Shown piece by piece: positions 16,414 to 26,300 of a stretch of DNA of 64,000 nucleotides (its first letter is position 1; each line of letters begins with the position of its first letter). Below the pieces are notes generated by a model. That model was not told where the DNA came from and did no database searches. It saw nothing but the letters and a program-made list of their open reading frames with translations. The position numbers and the translations under genes are program-made. This stretch comes from Nitrospira sp. (GTDB lineage Bacteria; Nitrospirota; Nitrospiria; Nitrospirales; Nitrospiraceae). The stretch spans positions 7,420-71,419 of the forward strand of contig JBBIKN010000005.1 in assembly GCA_037445435.1 (NCBI GenBank), read 5' to 3'.

Positions 16414-17493
16414 GTGCTAGGATGCGACCCGATCCCTTACACAGATGCTATCTGCGCGGATGCCATGACTTCCCCGGCTGCCTCACCAGCTTCTGACTAT
16501 CGTTTTCTACTCCTCATGATCCCCGCGCTGTTCATCCTGCTGCTTGCAGCCGGCTTATTTGAATTCAGTTCGAACATCACGGTGGACAATTTTCACAATC
16601 TCACGAGCCGGCTGATGCACCGGGCTTCAGAAGCGTCGAAGGAAACTTTCGACCCTACTCATTTTCTCGTAGAGGTCAAATCCCGGTATATCTGGCTCAC
16701 GACCGTAGTGGTGGCGCTGGTAGCCGGACTGTACGCCTTCATCGTATGCGGGATGATCATTTACCAGTCTCATCCACGACCGCGGTTCGTGGTGGTCACA
16801 GCAGTCGGGATCTTTTTGGCCTCAATCGGGCTCGCCTTTCTCTGGGCACTGGATGAGACGCACGCGCTCTATCGAGCCGTGTTTAGCTTCAGCTACGATA
16901 ACTTGCGGCAGGCCGGGCCTAAACGAATCAGCCCGGATCTCTTACGCTATGCCATGATTGTCGTGTCTATCGTCAACGTGCAGGCCATGGTTGTGCCGGT
17001 GGTGGCCCTGCTTGCCGCCTGCAGCACGCTCGCACCGCCGAGCTCGGGCGATAAGCCGAACCCTCAGTTTTGTGCGATGCAGTTGACGCGGTTAAAGGAA
17101 GTGCTGACTGCGGCCTCCGCTATTCTCGTAGCCGGAGTCTTGCACATGGGAGCCTGGCTCAGGTGGCCGGCGGCGTTGATCGCCGACCAGGCTGCGCACG
17201 AAGCCGTGCTGGGGGCAGCCTTGGCCATCACCCTCTTTTGGGGCGTCACTTTCACGTTGATGTTGGTCTCGACATATCTCCCAGCCGCGTTCCTTCTCGC
17301 GAAGCGGGCCCAGGCTCTGCTGCAAGACAACTCAAATAAGGAATCCGTCTCGGCACCGGAAGAATGGCTCAAGGAGCACGGTCTTTTTCTCTCCCTGCAG
17401 GATCATTTCCCCCAGTTCGGGCTCATGCTCGCCCCCTTGCTCGCCAGCCCCTTGAGTTCTCTACTGCTTGCCCCGCTGACGCCGACGGGCTAA
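16414..17493 (+). CDS. multi-pass membrane protein, function unknown
   Basis: 359-aa ORF with several long hydrophobic segments. GTG start at 16414; an alternative in-frame ATG is at 16465. No family motif recognised. Confidence 0.55.
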   Translation: MLGCDPIPYTDAICADAMTSPAASPASDYRFLLLMIPALFILLLAAGLFEFSSNITVDNFHNLTSRLMHRASEASKETFDPTHFLVEVKSRYIWLTTVVVALVAGLYAFIVCGMIIYQSHPRPRFVVVTAVGIFLASIGLAFLWALDETHALYRAVFSFSYDNLRQAGPKRISPDLLRYAMIVVSIVNVQAMVVPVVALLAACSTLAPPSSGDKPNPQFCAMQLTRLKEVLTAASAILVAGVLHMGAWLRWPAALIADQAAHEAVLGAALAITLFWGVTFTLMLVSTYLPAAFLLAKRAQALLQDNSNKESVSAPEEWLKEHGLFLSLQDHFPQFGLMLAPLLASPLSSLLLAPLTPTG

Positions 17494-17540
17494 CGACCAA
17501 GCCCTGTAATGAACTAGCGTGGGGAGAGAACGACTCGACG

Positions 17541-17879
17541 CTATTCGTCTCTTCCGTGGACCTCAGCCGGAGGAGCTGTCGCCTCTACGGCGGTGAACGG
17601 CTCCATAATGGTGAAAGAATGGCAACTCCCCTTCGGCACGACCCACGAATCGCCTGGCTGCAGCAAGATCGTCTGCCCTTCGATATCGAGTTCGGCACGT
17701 CCTTTGATGGCATAGCCCACTGTCTCGTAGTCCCGCGCTCGTGACTCCTTCGGTGTCCCAGGTGGCAGATCCTCCCAGAGCCGCATCGAGACGGCTTTCC
17801 CAGACGCCAGATACTTTTGTCCCATTTTTCCGCTTGGAGAATGGTGCGAATCGATTTTTTTGACCGTACTGTCTGCCAT
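17541..17879 (-). CDS. cupin domain protein
   Basis: Cupin beta-barrel pattern (YETVGYAIKGRAELDIEGQTILLQPGDSWVVPKGSCHSF). Start at ATG 17879, preceded by AGGAGG. Confidence 0.75.
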   Translation of the reverse strand: MADSTVKKIDSHHSPSGKMGQKYLASGKAVSMRLWEDLPPGTPKESRARDYETVGYAIKGRAELDIEGQTILLQPGDSWVVPKGSCHSFTIMEPFTAVEATAPPAEVHGRDE

Positions 17880-17954
17880 GACACCTCCTATGGGATTCTG
17901 AATGAGGCAATGGCGGCCTTCCCCATCCTCCATGACGACCGTCACTTCGTGACC

Positions 17955-18932
17955 CTATCTCCGGGTGTATGAGACCGAGGCAAAAAAGAACGCTGCGCCG
18001 ATACAGGCAAGGCCAAGGCGAGTGAGCGTTCTCGCCGATGGCACATGATTACGCTCCCGCCATCCACCGGCCGTGGCAGTGCCTTGTGGCACTGGATTCA
18101 ATAGTGCTCCTTCATACGGTGGCGCCGAATCGGCATGTCGCAAGACCGCCCTCATGGCAGAACCCACGACCCATTCCGTCGGTCTGGGTGCCACTGTGTA
18201 GGCGACCTGCGCAACGCGCGCCGGCCATCCGACGGCCACTTCGTCGCGCGGATGGATGGCCAACCCCACGATCGTATGGGCCACATCTTCCGGTGCATAG
18301 AGGAACGGTCCCGGATTGATGCGGCGACCGGAAAGGTTGGCGGCATGTTCAAGACCCGGTGTATCGACAATGGTGGGGAATACGCCGCAGACATGAATGT
18401 CGGGCCAGCCAAGGAGCTCTTGGCGAAGACTCGCTGCAAATCCTCTCAGGGCAAACTTACTCGCGGTATAAGCCCCGGTATACGGCGTCGGACACCAGCC
18501 TCCGATCGAAATGTTGTTGATGAGCGTGCCCCAGCCTTGCCGTCGAAACACCGGCAAAGCGGCATAGGCTCCATGCATTGCCCCCAACAGATTCACCTCG
18601 ATCGTCCGTCGATGCAGGGCGAACGGAACCGCTGCATAAGGTCCCAACACCCCCGTGCCTGCATTGTTCACCCAGACATCGATACCTCCGAAGGTTTCGT
18701 CGGCGACTCGTGCCAATGCCCGAACCGATTCCAGATCTATCACATCGGTCTGCACCGCGATGGCTTCACCCCCGACCTGTCGGCACTGCTCGGCGACCTC
18801 TTCCAACACATTCCTTCTTCGAGCGCCCAGAGCAAGGCGACCGCCATATCGAGCAAAGGCAAGTGCGGTGGCACGACCGATTCCGCTCGACGCTCCGGTA
18901 ATAACAATCGTTCGTCCTCTCAGCGAGTCCAT
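17955..18932 (-). CDS. SDR-family oxidoreductase with C-terminal membrane-anchor-like tail
   Basis: TGASSGIGRA cofactor motif, NNAG, and catalytic YTASKFAL. Confidence 0.85.
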   Translation of the reverse strand: MDSLRGRTIVITGASSGIGRATALAFARYGGRLALGARRRNVLEEVAEQCRQVGGEAIAVQTDVIDLESVRALARVADETFGGIDVWVNNAGTGVLGPYAAVPFALHRRTIEVNLLGAMHGAYAALPVFRRQGWGTLINNISIGGWCPTPYTGAYTASKFALRGFAASLRQELLGWPDIHVCGVFPTIVDTPGLEHAANLSGRRINPGPFLYAPEDVAHTIVGLAIHPRDEVAVGWPARVAQVAYTVAPRPTEWVVGSAMRAVLRHADSAPPYEGALLNPVPQGTATAGGWRERNHVPSARTLTRLGLACIGAAFFFASVSYTRR

Positions 18933-19005
18933 CGCAGTACCTTCACATCCGTTGCGACTATTAGATCAAACAGCCCGTCGCCGGACTACCAGCAACCTCC
19001 CTGGT

Positions 19006-19401
19006 TTATCGACGGCATGGAGTCGACGTTTCGCGCGTACGTGAGAGGAACCATGCATAGAGAAGACACAGCACCACGAAATTTGGGACAAGGATACCGG
19101 GTGTCATCCATTGCCAACCGTCGAACTTCCATTCGGCAAGTGGCCAAAGTACGGAGGTGGGGAAGAACGCATATGAATGGGTAGGCACATCCATGATGAC
19201 GTGCAATCCCCACGCACCAAGTTCCCAGACCGGGCGCTTCCATAGCCACCACACGATGAGAAAAGCCGCGAGGAACACAACGAGGCTATGGGTCACCTCG
19301 TACAGATGATGGACATAGGCCGGAATACTCGATTCAGGCGGCGTTCCGTTACTGAACTCCGGTTTCGGGGACAAGCCCGGCCAAGCGTAAATGCCAACCA
19401 A
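19006..19401 (-). CDS. DUF457/YdjM-like membrane-bound metal-dependent hydrolase (5' end apparently frameshifted; see findings)
   Basis: Hydrophobic ORF with His-rich blocks (VHHLYEVTHSLVV, GLHVIMDVPTHS). A typical family N-terminus, MDIVSHGLWGGIAFG, is encoded from ATG 19466 in another frame. Confidence 0.55.
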   Translation of the reverse strand: MVGIYAWPGLSPKPEFSNGTPPESSIPAYVHHLYEVTHSLVVFLAAFLIVWWLWKRPVWELGAWGLHVIMDVPTHSYAFFPTSVLWPLAEWKFDGWQWMTPGILVPNFVVLCLLYAWFLSRTRETSTPCRR

Positions 19402-19578
19402 TAGCTGAATCGGCTTTTTCGGCCGAACGCGATTCCACCCCAGAGACCGTGAGAAACAATGTCCATTTGATTGATGGAACCGATGGATTACTTAATCACC
19501 GAGGTGTCATCGAAGGCCGACATTATCCCAGAAGTTCGTGACTCGAGATGTATCGACATTTTTGAATACTAAATACGG

Positions 19579-19622
19579 TTGGGCGGCACGCGTCTGCGCC
19601 TGAGGCAGCGCGTGCCGCCCAA
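19579..19622. repeat. long perfect inverted repeat (stem-loop) in a divergent intergenic region
   Basis: TTGGGCGGCACGCG (19579-19592) pairs with CGCGTGCCGCCCAA (19609-19622). An inner CTGC/GCAG extension leaves a 7-nt loop. Confidence 0.8.
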
Positions 19623-19921
19623 TCGATCGCCAACTGGGGAAGGGAGGGGTCACAACAGCCGGCGATAGGTCGAAGCCTCACTCCCGATGAAGACGTCTAT
19701 GGTCTGTTATTTCACTATACGACGTGAGGTGGAGCCACTAGCAGATGCCCGAGAACTTTGATCATGGGACCTTGTGGGGCCGCCTAACCTGCCTTTTCAG
19801 GGAGCATAAGAGGCTGATTCCCGTTTTCCGTCACTGGCACAGGACGAGGGCTCTTCCGAGTGATCCGTCGTTTAGGAGTCCGGTATGTATGTGTGTAGCA
19901 CATCAGCAAAGGGAGGCACCT

Positions 19922-20377
19922 ATGAGCCAGTACGAGCATACGGCAACCGTCAACTCAAGTCCGGAACAGGTTTTCGATTTTGTCTCGAACATCGATAACC
20001 TGCCTCGATATCTACCGACGGTCAAAAATGCCATGTCGCAAGGTCGTGAACGTGTCCGCGTACAGGGGAAGGCTGGGGAACATCACTACGATGCCGAGGG
20101 CTATTACCCTGTCGATAAAACCCGCCACCGCATCGAGTGGGGCCCTGACGGCGAACATCAGTACCATGGCTGGTTAGAAGTGAAAGCCAATGAAGGTGCC
20201 ACTGCCAGCGTCACCGTTCATCTTTCCTTCGATCCACGTCCGGATATCGCAGAAAAATACGACCAGCAGAGTGGAGACCGCCATCGCACCATCCAGGAAG
20301 GTCTAGAGAAGGCGCTGCAATCTATCAAGAACCAGTGTGAGGGCAAGGGCGGCAAAGTTGAGCCGCATGCAGCATGA
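19922..20377 (+). CDS. SRPBCC (START/polyketide cyclase-like) family protein
   Basis: 151 aa from ATG 19922, preceded by AGGGAGG. The N-terminus (TATVNSSPEQVFDFVSNIDNLPRYLP) is typical of SRPBCC proteins. Confidence 0.65.
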   Translation: MSQYEHTATVNSSPEQVFDFVSNIDNLPRYLPTVKNAMSQGRERVRVQGKAGEHHYDAEGYYPVDKTRHRIEWGPDGEHQYHGWLEVKANEGATASVTVHLSFDPRPDIAEKYDQQSGDRHRTIQEGLEKALQSIKNQCEGKGGKVEPHAA

Positions 20378-20429
20378 CACAACCAATGTTCTCAAGCCTT
20401 TCACACAGTGGTAGGAAAGGAGATGGACG

Positions 20430-20927
20430 ATGACCAATACGATCATAGGATTATTCGATACTCCGACTCAGGCAGAACAAGCAAGGTCAGATATCATGGC
20501 CCTCAGCAATCCTTCCGTTGATATTCAGGTCTATGACAAAGCCGGCTTTCAGCTCACCGGTGGAACAGACACGTCAACGAGGGGCTTTTGGGAGAGCCTT
20601 TCACAGACCCTGGGGTTCGGCCCCTCGAATCAGGCTATGTATCAGCAGGGGATTCAGCGCGGAGGGACGGTGGTGAGCGTGAGGGCCGACGAGGGTCGAA
20701 CCGAAGAAATAGCCGACATTTTGGACCGATGCGGAGCGGTGGATATCGATACACGTGCGGCAGAATGGCAGGCCGGAAGTTGGAAAGCCAAAGGGCCTAA
20801 GCCGGAATTGAAACCTTCAGAGTCCGGAACTACGCCTGTCGTCACGAATGAGTTTGCTCCCGACAAGGTCGAACTCAAACGAGGGAACGTGTGGATATAC
20901 AGGCATATCGAGCGTAAAGCGGCCTAG
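20430..20927 (+). CDS. general-stress-type protein (YflT-like N-terminal domain)
   Basis: 165-aa ORF with AAGGAG upstream. N-terminus IIGLFDTPTQAEQARSDIMAL resembles the YflT/stress-protein fold. Confidence 0.55.
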   Translation: MTNTIIGLFDTPTQAEQARSDIMALSNPSVDIQVYDKAGFQLTGGTDTSTRGFWESLSQTLGFGPSNQAMYQQGIQRGGTVVSVRADEGRTEEIADILDRCGAVDIDTRAAEWQAGSWKAKGPKPELKPSESGTTPVVTNEFAPDKVELKRGNVWIYRHIERKAA

Positions 20928-20989
20928 GTTGATCCAGCGCGCCATGTAGTATTCAGTATCGGGGCCGACAGGAGGAGCGCTCCATTCAG

Positions 20990-22450
20990 CTATCGACACG
21001 CGAAGTGGCAATATTCGATGGGGCTGGGAGGAGCGTTCAACGCCATTCTGATCGCATCCCCATCGTAGCCGATCGCTACTAATTGCTGTTGCGCCCTGAT
21101 GAGCTCTTCCTCGGTTAGGTAGGCCACGGTGTCTGGAATGCCGTTCTCTTTTAGTGAACGCAGGATCGCCCTCAAGGTTTCTCGTTCTTCCGATGGGATA
21201 GCGGTGCCGAGCGGAAATTCGAGCCGGCGGCGATAGGGACTTTCGAAGGTGTCGTTTAACGCCTTGATGGTCTTTAACACGAGTCTGTCTTGCTCCCAGG
21301 CTTGGAGTTTAGGCCCGGCCGATGGATGCGTCGCCAGCAAGTCCATAAGGGTGATGACGTTGGTATTCAATGATCTGCCGACGAATTCCCGCTGCGGCTC
21401 CAGCGTCGTCTGTTTTATCCCGAGATGTCTTGCCACAGCTTCGACCAAGGCGAAGTTGATCATGAAACTGTATTGCCCGCCGAACTGGCCGTAGCAGGGT
21501 TTCTCCGGATCGTTGAGGACTTTCCTGTCCCCGGTGCCCGCATCGAACGCACTGAATCCGATCGCATCTGGGGCCAGCAGACGCTTCGCCTCTTTCAGGG
21601 TCGCGAAGGCGCCGACGTTGACCGGCACCAAGACTTCTTGGTCGATGGACTGGAGGAATTCGACGACAGTTTTCCGATAGGGCACGTCTTTCCACTCGAC
21701 TGTACGGTACTCTTTTTCCCAGACCAGTTCGTCGAGGAACGGTGGAAAGGTCTTGAGCATTGCAAGATCCTTTTCCTGAAATGCCCTGACGAACGACGAC
21801 CAATCTTGGATCTTGGCATGCAGAGACTCACTCAGATTGGGGCGGAGATACTCCTCCTCGACCTCGCTCCCATGTTTAGCCAACAATTTCGTCGGCAGGT
21901 CGTTCCACAACTCGTTACAGATGATCCGATCCACGCTGGAGTCGGCCACGCCGCTCACATGCTCAACCGAGGCACAGTGGGTCTTCACACGATCCCGATG
22001 TGCCGCCAGGTCAGGATGAGACAACGCACTCTCTAATACCGGTTGTTGCCAATCGACCATGACGTACCGCACACGCGGATAGATCGTCCCGTCTTTGTCG
22101 AGCGCCTTGAGGTGGCTGAGGAAGCAAGCCGCAAGATTGCCGTTGCCTGGCCCCAACTCAAGAACGATCAAGGGTGAGGCGTGAGGCGTCACGCGTGAGG
22201 AATCGACCGATCGGTGATTGATGGACGGTGAATGATGATTTCTGCTCTTCTCGCGTTTGATGACACGCTCGACATAATCAACCGCCAGCGCATGAGCCAA
22301 GCGATAGTCGGCAGAGGCGAACGTTTGGTAGTACGATCTGAGCTTGTCCCCTCGCAGCCCATAGAAGAGCTGGTTGAGATGGTTCTGCCACTGATCGAGC
22401 GGTTTATACTCCCCGATCAACTGAGGAAGGGCGTCGGCATCTTGCAACAT
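20990..22450 (-). CDS. class I SAM-dependent methyltransferase (MidA/DUF185-like)
   Basis: 486-aa ORF with SAM motif I, VLELGPGNGNLA. The family assignment is from memory only. Confidence 0.55.
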   Translation of the reverse strand: MLQDADALPQLIGEYKPLDQWQNHLNQLFYGLRGDKLRSYYQTFASADYRLAHALAVDYVERVIKREKSRNHHSPSINHRSVDSSRVTPHASPLIVLELGPGNGNLAACFLSHLKALDKDGTIYPRVRYVMVDWQQPVLESALSHPDLAAHRDRVKTHCASVEHVSGVADSSVDRIICNELWNDLPTKLLAKHGSEVEEEYLRPNLSESLHAKIQDWSSFVRAFQEKDLAMLKTFPPFLDELVWEKEYRTVEWKDVPYRKTVVEFLQSIDQEVLVPVNVGAFATLKEAKRLLAPDAIGFSAFDAGTGDRKVLNDPEKPCYGQFGGQYSFMINFALVEAVARHLGIKQTTLEPQREFVGRSLNTNVITLMDLLATHPSAGPKLQAWEQDRLVLKTIKALNDTFESPYRRRLEFPLGTAIPSEERETLRAILRSLKENGIPDTVAYLTEEELIRAQQQLVAIGYDGDAIRMALNAPPSPIEYCHFACR

Positions 22451-22591
22451 GTCGTTCCGTCACCAATGAGCGATCTCGATGAATTGATTGGACAGCGGGT
22501 GAAATCCTAACAGATGGCCGGAAAACCACGCAATGGGCCGATGGGTGTCGATTTCTTGACAGTTCTACCTCGACAGGTGTAGCAGTCAGAA

Positions 22592-23164
22592 ATGACGACG
22601 AGAGATTTTCATTTGGCCAGCATTGCAATGGTTGCCGCTTTCTTGTGGTGCTCAGCAGCGGTAAGCGAAGAACTTCCGATCATGGAGAATGTGCCGATCT
22701 CGGAGTTCCAAAGCCGCACAGAAGACGTCAACGCCTATGATTTCGATGCTCCTCCGCAAGGCATGTTTCGCTCGATCGCCATGGCGGAAGACTTTGAAGA
22801 GCGCCTGGGGTTTCTCCGAGCCCACGAGATCGTGCCGATTAAACCGACGGAACGATTTCGCTCGGACGTCCCCGCCATTTTTATCGTGTTCTCGCTCCAT
22901 CAACATTATCAGGCCTTCACCGTGTTCGGCCGGTGCACGCCTGAACAGGTAGAGGGTATCAGACCGGGGACGATCGTCAGCGAAGACGCGATGCGCATTG
23001 CGCTGGAGGATGACAGCGGATATCTCAAACTGACACCCCCGCGGGACGGATGGAAACCGGGCAGGTACAAAGTCGAAATTCATACGGGCGAGCAAGTCAA
23101 CGAGATGAGCCTCATGGGCACGATGCGTTTCACCGTCGTGGCGTCTGGGAAAGAGTCAGATTGA
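22592..23164 (+). CDS. secreted protein, function unknown
   Basis: 190-aa ORF with a signal-peptide-like N-terminus (LASIAMVAAFLWCSAAVS). Confidence 0.55.
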   Translation: MTTRDFHLASIAMVAAFLWCSAAVSEELPIMENVPISEFQSRTEDVNAYDFDAPPQGMFRSIAMAEDFEERLGFLRAHEIVPIKPTERFRSDVPAIFIVFSLHQHYQAFTVFGRCTPEQVEGIRPGTIVSEDAMRIALEDDSGYLKLTPPRDGWKPGRYKVEIHTGEQVNEMSLMGTMRFTVVASGKESD

Positions 23165-23276
23165 GGATTTGCCCCATTCTTCCTCGGCACGTGTTTGACC
23201 CTCTCTCCCCCTTCCGTTAAAATGCCCTACTTCGTGTCGTAATCCCTGGCCCTGGTTCGAGTTTGCTTATCGTATT

Positions 23277-24011
23277 ATGACGCCGCCATCCAGTCCCTGG
23301 GCCTCAATCATCGTCCCGATCAAGGATGAACGAGAGAATCTGTCCCCTCTCATCGCAAGCCTGCTGAAAGTCATGGATTCACATGAGCAGTCACGTTCCC
23401 GCCCTTATGAGATTCTCTTTGTCGACGACGGAAGCAGCGACGGCAGCAGCGACGAGCTGGACCGCTTGGCTCGTGAGCATGCTCAGGTGCGGGTGTTTCA
23501 CTTCGACCGAAATTACGGCAAGACGTGCGCGCTTGACGCGGGTTTTCGGCAATCCTTGGGCGAGATCATTATCCAGATCGACGGCGATCTCCAGCAGGAC
23601 AGCGAAGATATTTTAAAGTTGCTACCGTATACCGCTTCGTACGACGTGGTCTGCGGATGGAGGCAACAGCGACAGGACGGTTTTGTGAAGATGATCTCCT
23701 CCCGAATTGCGAACCGTGTGCGAAACTTTTTCACTCAGGACGGTGTCCACGACACCGGATGCCCGCTCAAGATCTTCCGACGCCCGGTGCTGGAACGGAT
23801 ATGTCTCTTTGAGGGGATGCACCGATTCTTTCCGGCGCTCGCCTTGATGCATGGATTTACGGTGACCGAGGTGCCGGTCCGGCATTATCCGCGCATTCAT
23901 GGAATCTCCAAATACGGCATGGGAAACCGCCTGTTTAAGTCGCTCTATGATTTGATCGCGGTTCGATGGATGCAGGATCGTGTGCTGCGCTACAAATTCC
24001 GTGACGAGTGA
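23277..24011 (+). CDS. GT2 polyprenyl-phosphate glycosyltransferase (ArnC/DPM1-like)
   Basis: SIIVPIKDE, VDDGSSDGS and DGDLQ (DxD) motifs. Confidence 0.85.
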   Translation: MTPPSSPWASIIVPIKDERENLSPLIASLLKVMDSHEQSRSRPYEILFVDDGSSDGSSDELDRLAREHAQVRVFHFDRNYGKTCALDAGFRQSLGEIIIQIDGDLQQDSEDILKLLPYTASYDVVCGWRQQRQDGFVKMISSRIANRVRNFFTQDGVHDTGCPLKIFRRPVLERICLFEGMHRFFPALALMHGFTVTEVPVRHYPRIHGISKYGMGNRLFKSLYDLIAVRWMQDRVLRYKFRDE

Positions 24012-24084
24012 CGTGAGTCGATACATTCCAGACAGCCCCCTTGACATTCCGGAAGTACGATGACGGCCGCCGTCCGAATACCTC

Positions 24085-24375
24085 ATGACTACTGAGACCA
24101 TATGGCTTGGTATCGGCTTCCTGGGCCAAGGACTCTTTTTCGGCCGTTGGCTGGTTCAATGGATCGCGTCCGAGCGGAGCGCAGAGAGCCGCGTCCCCCT
24201 CTCCTTTTGGTACATGAGTCTCATCGGGGGGTTGATTACCCTCGCCTACGCGATCTACCGCATGGACCCGGTATTTATCTCGGGACAGGGACTTGGAGCT
24301 GTCGTGTATCTGCGCAACCTGATCCTCATTCACCGCGCGGATCAAACCAAGAACCAGCCACGACCACAGGCATGA
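24085..24375 (+). CDS. lipid-A-disaccharide synthase N-terminal-domain small membrane protein
   Basis: 96-aa, 3-TM ORF (WLGIGFLGQGLFFGRWLVQWIASERS...SFWYMSLIGG). A common partner of ArnC/ArnT-like pairs. Confidence 0.7.
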   Translation: MTTETIWLGIGFLGQGLFFGRWLVQWIASERSAESRVPLSFWYMSLIGGLITLAYAIYRMDPVFISGQGLGAVVYLRNLILIHRADQTKNQPRPQA

Positions 24376-24440
24376 AACCCAGGGACACAAACCACCGTTC
24401 GGTGCCTTCCACCGCCCACTGGTAACTACCACATCCAATC

Positions 24441-26201
24441 ATGGATCGCATGTCTGCTCGAACGATACAGTTGTTCCTCCTTCTGTTCCTCTCCGGTCTA
24501 CTTTTTTTCACCGGTCTCGGCAGTATGGGACTGACAGATCGCGATGAAGGTCGGAATGCCGAAGCCGGGCGAGAAATGTTCGCCTCCGGCGACTTAGTCA
24601 CCCCGACGTTTAACGGGGAACTGCGAGTCGCCAAACCGGTCTTCCTGTACTGGCTGATGACCGCATCCTACTATCTCTTCGGCGTGAACGAGTTTGCGGC
24701 GCGAGCCCCTTCCGCTTTGTTCGGAGTGGCGTTGATCGTGATGCACTACCTGTTTCTCACTCGGCTCCGCGGCCCGACCGTCGGTTTCTATGGAGCCCTG
24801 ACGTTGCTGCTGAACATCGAGATACTGGCGCTTGGGCGCATGGCGATTACCGATAGCGTCTTAATCTTCTTTACCACCCTGTCGCTCTACGGATTTTGGC
24901 TTGGTCTGCACGAATCAGGCGCAGGGCGCCATTGGATCTGGGGCTTTTATGCCAGCATGGCCTTGGCGACCTTAACGAAAGGACCGGTGGGGTTCGCCGT
25001 TCCGCTGATCACCGCTCTCCTATATCTCGCGGCCACCCGGCAGTGGCGCGTGTTTTGGCAGAGAGGCGCGCCGATCGCCGGCACGTTGCTCTTTCTTATC
25101 CTCTCCGGTCCATGGTATGCCGCCATGTTCCTTATTCATGGAGATGCCTACTCCTCTCAAGCGAAAGTCCATACGGTGGGACGATTTCTCGCTCCGATGG
25201 AGGGACACGGAGGGGGCTGGTGGTTTTATTTTCCGGTCGTGTTGCTGGGATTTTATCCCTGGAGCACCTTCTTACCGGCTGGACTCTATCGCGCCTATCA
25301 GAGCTGGCGAGAATGTCGCCCGCCGAGGGACCGTAACCACGAACTACCTGAATCAGGGACACCGTTAGGGTCCGGCAAGGAGTTGGAATGGTTCGCGGCA
25401 CTCTGGTTCGTCGGGGTATTCATATTCTTTAGCCTGTCCTCCACCCGACTGCCTCACTATATCGGTCCGCTGTTTCCCGCCTGCGCCATCCTGGCTGCTT
25501 CATTTTGGGCTCAGGGCCTGAAGGATCCGTCGATCAAAGGACTGCGAGGGTCAATCCACTTCATGATGGGAATCGGATATCTTCTCGCCGTTGGATTTGC
25601 GAGCGCGCCTTCCCTGTTCGCGAAATTCTCAGGGAAGATGGTCAAGGAGTTCCCGTTTGCTACCCAATTCGATCTGGGTATCGGTCCTTACATTGGTGCG
25701 GCTATCGTCCTGGTCGCTATGGGGCTAATCGGATATTTCGGTCTGAAGGACAACCGACGCGGTATCGCCTTCGGGGTGGCCGGCGGTGCACTGGCGAGCG
25801 TTTTTCTTGTCGCCATCCTGTTGGTGGTTCCAGGACTCAACCGATACGCCATTGCACCCCCGCAGGAATTGGCCTACGCGGCCGGGTTGAACCTGAATCC
25901 AAGCGACCAGCTGATCGCGTTCGGTTCAACCAGACCATCCACCGCCTTTTACGCGAGACGAACCGTGACCTTTATCCCAGCCAACGAAATCGATCGCCTG
26001 CGTACGGCCCTGGGGAAAGAAGGCCGGACGATGATCCTCCTCCCGGAATACTTTCAGGATGCCTTGCCGAAGGAGGCGGAGGGATTTCAGCCGATTCTCA
26101 AGCGTTACGGCTATGTCTTGTTGGGCAATGAACCGATGGTCGCCTTGCCTCAAGGCACAGAGAATACTGCCCCACCGCCGCCCAAAATTCATGGCCACTG
26201 A
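24441..26201 (+). CDS. GT39/ArnT-like (PMT_2) glycosyltransferase
   Basis: 586-aa polytopic membrane ORF. The first periplasmic loop has DRDEGRNAEAGREM, followed by GELRVAKPVFLYWL. Confidence 0.8.
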   Translation: MDRMSARTIQLFLLLFLSGLLFFTGLGSMGLTDRDEGRNAEAGREMFASGDLVTPTFNGELRVAKPVFLYWLMTASYYLFGVNEFAARAPSALFGVALIVMHYLFLTRLRGPTVGFYGALTLLLNIEILALGRMAITDSVLIFFTTLSLYGFWLGLHESGAGRHWIWGFYASMALATLTKGPVGFAVPLITALLYLAATRQWRVFWQRGAPIAGTLLFLILSGPWYAAMFLIHGDAYSSQAKVHTVGRFLAPMEGHGGGWWFYFPVVLLGFYPWSTFLPAGLYRAYQSWRECRPPRDRNHELPESGTPLGSGKELEWFAALWFVGVFIFFSLSSTRLPHYIGPLFPACAILAASFWAQGLKDPSIKGLRGSIHFMMGIGYLLAVGFASAPSLFAKFSGKMVKEFPFATQFDLGIGPYIGAAIVLVAMGLIGYFGLKDNRRGIAFGVAGGALASVFLVAILLVVPGLNRYAIAPPQELAYAAGLNLNPSDQLIAFGSTRPSTAFYARRTVTFIPANEIDRLRTALGKEGRTMILLPEYFQDALPKEAEGFQPILKRYGYVLLGNEPMVALPQGTENTAPPPPKIHGH

Positions 26202-26300
26202 CTGCCACTCGTCGAGTCTACTGGTGAGGCATTTTTCTGTGGTCAAGATGGCCTTGAGGGAATTCGCACGAGGCCACGCGCATCGCCTGTGTATTGATGG

